From the NCBI RefSeq assembly GCF_902713615.1, contig NW_024055454.1, forward strand, positions 124,001 through 175,987: 51,987 bases of DNA. Reading direction: 5' to 3'. This DNA comes from Scyliorhinus canicula. Taxonomy: Eukaryota. A model generated the notes under the pieces. That model was not told where the DNA came from and did not search any database. It worked only from the letters and a program-made list of their open reading frames with translations. Below, in pieces: positions 1 to 9,324 of this stretch (positions are counted from its first letter, which is position 1; each line of letters begins with the position of its first letter). Made by a program: the position numbers and the translations under genes.

Positions 1-76
1 TCCGCCTCCTCAATGAGTTGAGCAGACCCGGGGCTCCCTCCCTGCTTCACAATCTCTGAGAGAGATTCAGTCTGAC

Positions 77-572
77 ATGTTTCTGATAATACTGGCGGCG
101 CTGTGGCACGGTAAGTCCTGGATAATAAACATCGAGGCAGATTAGCATATTAATACAGATCGATGGCAATATAATTGCGCTCGAAAATATCGATATGATG
201 CGCAGTTGGGAGGTTTCACAAACTCTCTCAGATACAGGCAAATTTGCATCAGTTGATATTTAATCCTCTACCTTCACAGGCGGACTGTGCGCAGATCCAG
301 TAACTCAGTTACCGGTGATAATAACCGCATCGGAAGGAGATTCGGTGCTGTTGAATTGTGACGATACAGACAAGAATATGGACTTCATGCTATGGTATCA
401 GCAGAAACCGGCACAACAACCGAGATGGATCATCACTAACACTCTAGCATTGAAGAAAGAAACAGTTTCAGGACGATATTTGGCGGTTGCTGACAAGTCT
501 AAACAGAAAGGTTCCCTCAATATAAGCGGCCTCAGTTTGGAGGACGAGGCGGTCTATTACTGTGCAGTGAGG
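77..572 (+). CDS. TCR alpha/delta-type V segment V1 (family A), apparently functional; leader 77-110, V exon 280-572
   Basis: ATG at 77 (MFLIILAALWH), GTAAGT donor at 111, CAG acceptor ending 279, phase 1. V exon is open: C23 (LNC), WYQQKP, EDEAVYYCAVR. An RSS follows. Confidence 0.93.
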
Positions 573-611
573 CACAGCGTTAGAGAGCAGCTCGAGCACC
601 GTACAAAAACT
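573..611 (+). other. 23-RSS of V1
   Basis: CACAGCG, 23-bp spacer, ACAAAAACT. Confidence 0.95.
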
Positions 612-1205
612 GCAGCGAGTCTGTACAGCTCCACTAAGGTTCCTTCTGCCCGAAGCATTTGATCCCCGCTGTTCGAACGCTGTTAGGTGTATTTACCAGG
701 CTTTGTTTAATGCTTCCACCCTTGTGCCGATCAACAAAGGAGCCGTTTGGAGAATGTTGAGGCTTATCATGCTGCGATATATACAGTAACATTTATCACG
801 GAATATCCACCAAGCTGCACAGGGAAGATTTCACATGTGGAGTTAGTTTAGCCGGAAAGTACGGCTAGCCTTAACTCAGCTGAGCCCAGGAACACCGACT
901 CCTCGGCACCCGGTATTTAACGAAATGCAGAATGGATCAGGGGGACGCGGTGGCAAAGTGGTATTGTCACTGGACTAGCAATGCAGACACCGAGAGTAAT
1001 GATATGGGGTTGACTCTTAACTGCCCCCTCATGAGCGATTCGCGATGAACCAAAAAAAAATTCCTGCGATACTTAACACATGAAATGTACAATAGCAGAG
1101 ATTCACCTCACAACACGGCTAGCACTATCAGTCTGTGACATGGGGAGCAGATGATGCCGGGTTTAGGCTTGAATACAAATCGACTTGCCGATCGATAATG
1201 TAAAT

Positions 1206-1322
1206 AAAAGCAAATTATTGCTGGAATCTGAAAACCTGGACAATCCCAGCAGGTCTGGCAGCATCTGTGGAGGGAGAAGGGAGCTAACGTTTCGAGTCTG
1301 AGTGACTCTTTGTCAAAGCTGA
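1206..1322 (-). mobile_element. Penelope-like element terminal (pLTR) fragment
   Basis: The same ~120-bp sequence occurs at 18185, 19093 and 45570; at 19093 it adjoins GIY-YIG C-terminal coding sequence. Confidence 0.75.
1282..1320 (-). ncRNA. Minimal hammerhead ribozyme motif, U3-A8 variant
   Basis: Minus strand reads AGCT-TTGACAAA-GAGTC actca GACTC-GAAAC-GTT-AGCT. Confidence 0.65.
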
Positions 1323-1429
1323 GAATTCGGATGTTGAGTTGATTAAGGATTTACCGAAATACATACAGAGCCGCAAATGTGTCCCAGAAATCTAAATTGC
1401 AGCTTTTTAGACACCGTCTTCCTTAATGT

Positions 1430-1775
1430 TGATATTTATGTAAGAAAATGATAAGGGGCATAGATAGGGTAGATAGGAGGGAACTTAGTAGATGGGTCAA
1501 TAACCAGGGTGCAGAGATTTAGGTTAAGGGGCAGGATTTAGAGGAGATTTGAGGAAACAATTTTACCCAGAGGGTGATGGGAATCTGGAACTCACTGCAT
1601 GAAGGAGTGGTAGAGGCGGGAAGGCTCATAACATTTAAGAAGCATTTCAATAAACACTTCAAACGCCACAGCATACAAGGCTATGGGCCAACTGCTGGTT
1701 AATTGAATTAGGATAGAAAGGTGCTTGATGGCCAGCGCATGCACACTGGGCCGGAGGGCCTCTTTCTGAGCTGGA
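1430..1775 (+). mobile_element. CR1 LINE 3' fragment
   Basis: Resembles the CR1 3' ends at 21250-21620 and 50200-50590. Confidence 0.7.
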
Positions 1776-2225
1776 AAGCCATATTGTTCTTTGACTCTAA
1801 GTGGAAAGGTGAAAACGTCTAGGGAGGGAATTCCAGAGCTTTGTGTCGAGGCAGCTGAAGGCACGGCCAGCGATGATGCAGTGATTAAAGTCGGAGGTGA
1901 AGGCAGTTAGTTCCAGATTCCCACCACCGGCTGGATGACAACGTTTTTCCTCAAATCCCCTCGAAATCTCCAACTCCTTATCTTTAATCTGTGCCCATTG
2001 GTTATCACCTAAGGTGAAAAGTTTCTTCCCATCTATGTCCCTCAGAGGAAGGACAGTCATTGTTCCTTTGAAATTCTCCTTATAACCAAACTCTTTGACC
2101 AAACTTGTGATCACATGACCGAATATGCTCATAGTTCCTGTGACACACCTTGGGAGATTTTATTGTGTGAAAACCCTCGACAGTGATTTAAGTTGCTGCA
2201 TTTATTGTCACTCAGTGAGACCTGA

Positions 2226-2303
2226 TAGGTTACTGAGTGAGGGAGTCTGTATAGTTTACTGAGTGAGGGAGTCTGTATAGTTTACTGAGTGAGTGAGTCT
2301 GTA
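2226..2303 (+). repeat. 26-bp tandem repeat, ~3 copies
   Basis: Unit AGTTTACTGAGTGAGGGAGTCTGTAT; only one copy in the paralogous flank near 29040-29070. Confidence 0.85.
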
Positions 2304-2532
2304 CACCAGGATATGAACAAGAAGCAGGAGTTAAGGTATCGCAGATCGATTCATCAATACAATATATTTTATGAATGCGAATTGCAATCATAAACTGGTA
2401 TAACTGTGCAGGTGGGTCTCACTATTTATGTTTCTGAGAGTTTGTTATAATTGTTGCTAAGCTCACTATGGAAACTGAACAATATGGGGGGGGGGGGCTC
2501 CTGCTGAGCTATAGTTGGAACTGCCAGTGTGG

Positions 2533-2570
2533 GGTTTTTGTACGGGATTCACTATATCTCTAGCAGTGTG
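2533..2570 (-). other. RSS of V2, 22-bp spacer
   Basis: Minus strand CACACTG, 22 bp, ACAAAAACC. Confidence 0.85.
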
Positions 2571-3074
2571 GGCTTCATGGCACAGAAATACACGGTGCTG
2601 TCGGAGATCATTGTATTACTGATCGTTAGCTCGGTAGTCTTGTTCTTTTTATCAAACGTCGAAGAAAACCGATCGGTGAGTTCGGTGTTCCTTTGCACAG
2701 TCAGCCCAATAATTCGAAGCATGTAGCTTGGAGCTTTCCCGGGCTGCTGACTGTACCAGTACACAAAAGGGTTAGCATCGCTTGTTTCTACGGTGCAGGT
2801 TAATGTGACTTCACTTTCCTCTTCAGCCGTTATTTCAGGTTCCTTTTAGTCCACGGAGTCTTGGTGGCTCCATTCTAACAGAAGCAACAGTGATAATGAC
2901 AATCAGAGGCAGCCTCATATTAGGCAATAAAATAATCAGCAAAAGAATCTCTGTCATTTTACCAACAATAACATCTGGGTTACACACTCAGGAAGACAAT
3001 GGAGTGCTACTGGGATGGAAATACTTACTTAGAAGTGAGATAATGATGAGGAGCGAAGCGAGACCGTCGCTCAT
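2571..3074 (-). pseudogene. TCR V pseudogene V2 (family B); leader 3074-3029, V exon 2874-2571
   Basis: Leader MSDGLASLLIIISLL with GTAAGT donor. In-frame TAA at 2848-2846 replaces the FR1 Gln (CAA in paralog V8). The rest is open to YFCAMKP. Confidence 0.9.
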
Positions 3075-3849
3075 GATACTTTGAGTTTGTAACTCTACAA
3101 TGAGAGAAACCATCTGTCAGAGACAGAAATACAGATCCCCGTCACACTGCACTGCTGATCCGACCAATGAGAGGAATGAACGAGCAGCAGCAACCTCTCC
3201 AGTAACACAATTGAGTCAGAGTGAGAGCAGCAACCGGAAGCTGTGGGCGGGGATACCGCAGTCTGAATATTGAGTGAAGTGTGCGGTGACTCTCAGCTGC
3301 ACTCGGCAGTGATGGAGCGGAAATAGCGACGGTTCAATGTTCCCTACTCCGTGACCATCCTGCACCTGCTCATCGTGCAAGGCACTCAGAAGAAATAGAT
3401 CGGGAGGGAGATGAATGGACGAGAATCTAGAAACTACTAGTCAGCGATGAGGCCACACGATCTATATTTCCCGATACACTTTGAAATCATTATCTTATTC
3501 TTCTTTCAGAAACAGCATTTTCTACATACCCCAGTTATTCCCGTTACATTTGTGTAGTTACTTCTTAACTTTATTGTTGAATATTCTTCTGCCTTTATTT
3601 AGATCCGCCCTCGATAGTTTAACAAATCGCAGTGTAATAGACGGAATTTTCCTGGTCTTTATTTCTCATCAATCGTTGAATTATCTAAGGATCTGCTCGA
3701 GGAAACAGCTCCGTGTGATCTTCATTAACAATCCACTGACATTTCAGCAGCTCCGTTCAGTCTCTCCTTTACGTTCTTTGACCTAAGGAGAGGCGGCCGT
3801 GTGGCGCCATCATCAGTTTCCCTGCCTCAGGCCCCTTAGTCGTCGAGTT

Positions 3850-4400
3850 TTACAGCAAAGAACAGGCCCTTTGGCCCATTGTGTTTGCCCCGGCCATCAA
3901 GTATCCATCTAATCTAAAGCAATTTCCTCGCACTTGGTCCGTAGCTTTGTATGTTATGGCGTTTCAAGTCCTCATCTCAACGCTTCTTAAGTGTTGTGAG
4001 TGTTCCCACCTCTGGAACACAGTTAGTGTGTTCCAGGTTCTCACTACGCTTAAATTCCTTCCAAATTCCTACCCCTTACCTTAAATCTATGCCGCCTGGT
4101 TTTTGCCCGCTCTACTGAGGGGGAAAATTTCTTCCTATCTATGTTCCTCAGAATTTTGAACACCTCGATCAGATCCTCCGCAACATTCTCTGCTTTAAGG
4201 GCAATAATCCCAGCCTATTCAGCCTCTTTTCACAACTGAAACACTCCTGCCCAGAAAACTTCCTGATTAATCTCCTCTGCACCTTCTCTGGTACAATCAT
4301 ATTCTTTCTATAATGTGACCAGATGTGCAGAAAATACTTCAGCTGCGGGCTAGCCAGCATTCTATACAGCTACATAATAACCTCCCTACTCTTCTAGTCC
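3850..4400 (-). mobile_element. CR1 LINE 3' fragment
   Basis: ORF 4169-4360 gives LKYFLHIWSHY..KVQRRLIRK, a decayed CR1 RT C-terminus; paralog at 26930-27500. Confidence 0.8.
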
Positions 4401-5189
4401 ATGCCTCGGGGCTGGGAGGGGAGTTCTATAGCAGATGGTATGTGTGGGCACCTCACCTGGACATCAAGGGGTTGTGATGCTAGGTGCCAGTGAGCTCTGA
4501 GGAGCAAGCACAAAGACCAGTGCGTGCAAGGTGCCAGCCAGCCATGTGTTTGGGGAATTGGACTTCAGGGGTGGCAGGCGGACCTGATGCCAAGAGAGAG
4601 GTGGTAACTTACCCCTGCAGGTCACTGGAGGTCATTGGTCTTTTTCCTACATTGGACGACGGTCCCCCTTGCCATGCTGTCACACTGACAGTCGTTGTCA
4701 CAGCCTCCTAGGTGGTATTGGTGCCTCTGCTGCTGGCCCTCTGACCCCCCCCCCCCCCCCCCCCGCCCCCCCCCCCCCCCCGGAACAGGATGTCCCATCT
4801 CATGCATCCACAGCACCGAGAGCTTGGCCAGGTGTAGGCATCGCCAAAGGGAGGGGCAGCTCTACATATTGCTATGTTTCTGCGTTGACTGCAGTGAATG
4901 GTGAGGGAGCATTTAAGAGCAGCCGGCTCCCCTCCTTAGATGAGGTGCGCATCCAGCGAATCTGACGGCGTGGTAGCCAGTAATGGTGAGAAGCTCTTGG
5001 GGGCTACTTTCCAACACCGAGTGCCCTTAAAGACGGGCTGCGATCTCGCAAATGCGGCCATTGAGAAACATCCTGTCAATTGCGCCCCAAACGACACTTT
5101 GTTCCCCATTAAATCACGCGACAGGTTGATTTATTTTATCGTGACACTGCTAAAATAACACTAATCGAAAGGGAAAAAAATATATTCAT

Positions 5190-5725
5190 ATAACATGACC
5201 TTCTCGCATCTCTCAAAATCACCTCCAAGCACTTAGTGCATATCCAATGAATTTCTGAAATATACGTTGTCTCATTAATCTCCTCTGCACCTCTCTGGTG
5301 CAATCGCATCCTTCACATAATGTGACGACCAGATGTGCACAAAATACTCCATCTTGTGGCTAACCAGCGTTTTATACAGCTCCATAACAACTTCCCTACT
5401 CTTATATTCCATGCGTCGGCTAATATAGACAAACATCCCATATGTCATCCTCACCACCTTAAGTCATTGTCCTGTTGCCTTCGGGGGTCTACGGACATGA
5501 ACCCAAGCTTCCCCCTTGCTTCTATACTTCTTGGCGTCCTGCCGTTCATTGTGTATTTTCTTGCATTGTTAGTCCTCCCAAAATGCATCATCTCATTCTT
5601 TTCAGGGTTAAATTTCATTTGCCACTGTTCTGCCCATCTCACCCGTCCGTCTACATCATCCTGCAATCTAAACCTTTCCTCCTCGCTATTTAGAACACCG
5701 CCCATTTTCATGTTGTCGGCGAACA
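5190..5725 (-). mobile_element. CR1 LINE RT fragment
   Basis: ORFs give FADNMKMGG..LQDDVD..WAEQWQMKFNPEK and YKTLVSHKMEYFVHIWS. Confidence 0.85.
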
Positions 5726-6022
5726 ATGGCTGGGGATGGCTCAGGGGACTGGAAAGCCAGAACGCACTGGATTCCTGATCCAGCTCTGGGATAGGTGTGA
5801 ACGGACTCCCAGTGCAATGGATTGGACCTGGGTCAGAGAAAGTAATAATGAGCAGAATCCAGATTTAAATAGTCAAATCTCATTCCTGACATTGATGTTT
5901 TGATATACAAATCAATAATTACAGTGTTAATGTAAGCCTACTTGTGACATTAAAGATTATTATATTATAAACCTTAAGTCCATCCAGTAACCTCCATTCG
6001 GAAACGGATTGAACAGAATCCA

Positions 6023-6036
6023 CCAGCAGAGGGCGC
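6023..6036 (+). promoter_or_regulatory. CTCF-like motif upstream of a family A leader
   Basis: CCAGCAGAGGGCGC, ~190 bp upstream of the leader relic; same motif in the paralog at 26407-26420. Confidence 0.65.
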
Positions 6037-6092
6037 AAAGCCCAAGCATGATGATTGGAAAGTCACATGAAACCAACAACAGAGGTATCCTC

Positions 6093-6102
6093 AGTGATGT
6101 CA
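6093..6102 (+). promoter_or_regulatory. TCR V promoter CRE-like decamer
   Basis: AGTGATGTCA; also on the minus strand at 26344-26353 and 33183-33192, upstream of family A leaders. Confidence 0.7.
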
Positions 6103-6223
6103 CAATGGACCTGACCCCCTGCTGTGACTGGGCGGAACAATGAGCTGAACAGAACCCGGGTTCTCTCGCCTTCCAAAAATCTGACTCATTTCATTCCCAT
6201 TCACTGAGCGATTCAATCAGACA

Positions 6224-6263
6224 CGTTTCTCATAATACTGGCGGTGCTCTTGAACAGTAAGTA
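6224..6263 (+). pseudogene. Orphan family A leader exon (ATG to ACG), no V exon
   Basis: ACGTTTCTCATAATACTGGCGGTGCTCTTGAACA|GTAAGT aligns to the V1 leader. An acceptor-like site near 6348 is not followed by V sequence. Confidence 0.8.
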
Positions 6264-6840
6264 ATACATTATACTCATCAGTACAGTTTAACAGATTGAT
6301 GAGAATTTACGCACACTCATACAATTAATAGAGGTTTACCTCCATCAGCCGGGTTAATTTCATCCCAGCCCCACGGAGAACAAACATTGGCAGATTTGTT
6401 TATCCTTCTGCTCTTTTGATGCTCTACATTGACAGGCAGACTATTTGCAGAAGCCGTGTTTAAATGGGCTTCATGTCCCTCCCGCTCGATTTCTTCTCAG
6501 TGGCTTGAACAGTGAGCAGGTGCAGGATGGTCACAGTCTTCTGCAGATTCATCCCTTCCTATTTCTGCTCCGAGTGCAGCTGAGAGTCAGCACACATGTC
6601 ACTCTGAGTCTGCGGTATCCCCGCCCACAGCTTGCGGTTGCTGCTCTCGCTCTGACCCAATTGTGTCAGTGGAGAAGTTGCTGTCGCTGCCATTGGCTGG
6701 ATCAGCAGTGCAGTGTGACGGGGGTCTGCATTTCTGCCTCTGCCATTGGCTGGATGAGCAATGCAGTGTGACGGGGATCGGTATTTCTGTCTCTGACAGA
6801 GCATTCCTCTCACTGCAGAGTTCCAGACTCAGGAAGGATG

Positions 6841-7275
6841 ATGGGGAACCGGCTCGCTCAGATGCTCATCATTATCTCACTTCTCAGTAAGTATTTCCTT
6901 CCCTGTAAAACTCCATTCTCCTCCTGGCTGCTGTAACCCAGATGTTATTGCTGGTGAAAACAATAATGATGGTGAAGATTAAGTTGATCAATTTGAGGCT
7001 AATATTGATTGTTGCTCTTAATCTAATTTTTATGTCAGATTGGAGCCACAGTGGAGCAGCCGAATGCTGAAATAAAGATTGAAGAGGAAAGTAATGTCAC
7101 ACTAACCTGCAACTTGAAGACAATCACTTCTAACCAGTATGTGTACTGGTACAGCCAGAGTCCCGGGAAGTCTCCACAATACATTCTTCATGTTCTGGGG
7201 AAGAACATTTACAGACAATTATAGGCAACACGCTGATGTCTGATCGCGCACTGTATCTTTGTGCCTTGCAGCCCC
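6841..7275 (+). pseudogene. TCR V pseudogene V3 (family B); leader 6841-6886, V exon 7039-7275
   Basis: Leader intact. Frameshifting ~8-nt deletion after CAC at the exon start, a large FR3 deletion, heptamer mutated to TACATTG, 22-bp spacer, nonamer ACAAAAACC at 7305-7313. Confidence 0.88.
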
Positions 7276-8122
7276 TACATTGCTACAGATATAGCGGGTC
7301 CCGTACAAAAACCCAACAGTCAGAGTTCCAGTTAGTGGTCAGCAAAGAAACAATAATCCAGCCTCCATAGTGACAGTCACAGTAGGAGACCATTAGAAAA
7401 TTGCAACAAATCGCGCCCTACTGCACAGTACCCCAGATGTGATCCCACTCATACCCTCTATAACTGAAGCATAACCTCCATGTTTTTGTGATGAATTCAC
7501 CTCACAATAAACAACAATATTCTCATTATTTGCTACACCTGGAAACTGACGTTTGTGATTCACGCACTTGGACACCCAGATCCCTCTGAATCTCAGTCCA
7601 CTGCAATTCCTCAGATAGTCAGCTATACAGATAATTCCTCAGATAATTTGTGTATCTACTTCCCAAACTTAAAAAAATAATATTTTCCAGATTATATTCT
7701 GTTCGCCAGATCTTTGACTATTCACTTACCCTGTCCATGCCCTTTTATAGACCCCTCAGGACCTCTTGAACATTTACTTTCCTACATCTCTCTCTGTGGT
7801 CAGCAGACTGAGCAACTATACCGTCCAAGTCATTTATCTAAATTGTAAACATTCGAAGCCCTAGTACTCACCACATCCTGACAAACAGAAAAACAATCCA
7901 GTTTGATGTTCGTTGTGGATTTCAGGAAAAGGTTACAGAAACACAGATCCCGGGACTCCTGCTGAGGCAGCAATAACAAACTGGGAAAGATCTCCGCTAT
8001 CACAGGGCAGAAAATGTGTACAGAGTTTGAACAAGCTGTCGTCAGGACGGCAGCTCGCAGCGTTACCGCATGTACTTTGTCGATAATTTGCAGTTGATAA
8101 CAGGAAATACTTTGGGACCTGC

Positions 8123-8136
8123 TCGCCCTCTGGCGG
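8123..8136 (-). promoter_or_regulatory. CTCF-like motif
   Basis: Minus strand CCGCCAGAGGGCGA, ~600 bp beyond the V4 RSS. Confidence 0.55.
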
Positions 8137-8444
8137 GGTTCCCAGTGGGAGAGATTTACATGGGCAGGAGGGATGAAATGGTGTACATTTACTTTTTGGG
8201 CAATATCCAATGGCAATTCTTCAAAAGCCGTTTTTCAAACTATAAACTGTCGAATTATCAAAGAAGATTGAATGATGTTAAAAAAGGCCGTTTTACATTA
8301 TTTATGAGTCACTTCATTTATAATTTTACCTGATCGTTAACTCTAATTTTACCTGATCGTTATTTTTCACTTTTTTACATTTTTCTTTTCATTGTTTCAG
8401 AATGTTCTGTGCTGTTTACGTATTCTTTTTTCACTCGTTCCGAT

Positions 8445-8560
8445 TTGTGGCGGAATGTGGCGACTAGGGGCTTTTCACAGTAACTTCATTTGAAGCCTAC
8501 TCGTGACAATAAGCGATTTTCATTTCATTTTCATTTCATTTCATTTCATTTTCATTTACA
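8445..8560 (-). mobile_element. SINE 3' fragment with (TTTCA)n tail
   Basis: Matches the element at 42830-43010 and 50820-51000. Confidence 0.7.
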
Positions 8561-8734
8561 TGTTGACGTTTCCCTTTTCTTCGACATGTGTTCAACTCTC
8601 TTCATATTTCACCCTCTTTAAATCTTCCGCTTCTATATACGTGTTGTTGTCATTCCCGCTTCCCATGGAATACAACACCCCGCTTCATGAAACGCCGATA
8701 TTGCAGAAGCGAAGCGGCTTTGTAAGACGGTGCA

Positions 8735-8773
8735 GGTTTTTGTATGGGGTCTCCCTCTGTTAGTTACACTGTG
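8735..8773 (-). other. Consensus 23-RSS of V4
   Basis: Minus strand CACAGTG, 23 bp, ACAAAAACC. Confidence 0.95.
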
Positions 8774-9106
8774 CCTCACAGCGCAGAGATAGGTGGCAGC
8801 GTCTGTAACATGCGCCTCTCTCACAGTCAGGATACTGAGCTTGTTGTCTCCACCGATTGAAGCTGCAATCCTCCCGTGTTGATCGGTTCCTCTTGTGGCC
8901 ATCACCAGATGCTGGGGTGACTGGTTCGGGTACTGTCTGTACCAGAGTACGAGGTTAAATGCTATACTGCTGGTGCAGTTCATGGACACATTACCCGCTT
9001 CACTAACAACCATCCACCCAGGGAGCTGCTGCACCTCAGCTTCTCCGCTCACCTCCGTGCAGATCAGAGTGAAACACAGCAAAATGCCTGTGTGAACCCG
9101 AAGCAT
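8774..9106 (-). CDS. TCR V segment V4 (family C); leader and V in one exon, apparently functional
   Basis: Continuous ORF MLRVHTGILLCFTLICTEVSG-EAEVQQ..MNC..LWYRQYP..DAATYLCAVR running directly into a perfect RSS. Confidence 0.88.
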
Positions 9107-9324
9107 TATCAGTTCACACGGAATACCGAGCTCGGCTCAGAACCAGAAGGTGAATACTATATTCTGAAAATTTAACGAGGAGCCAAATACTAACTTCGGG
9201 TTCACTCAGTGACGTGTTTCTGCTGGACTAGCTAAATAAGCTGAGTATTCCTTAAGCTTTAATCACCCAGTCTCCACGTTTCACCTTCATCTCTGCTGTC
9301 CAACGATTGCGGTGCCCCTTTGCT

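Noticed and set aside
4695-4790. Pro-rich and Gly-rich ORFs over poly-C runs
   Set aside because: Homopolymer tracts inside a GC-rich interspersed repeat.
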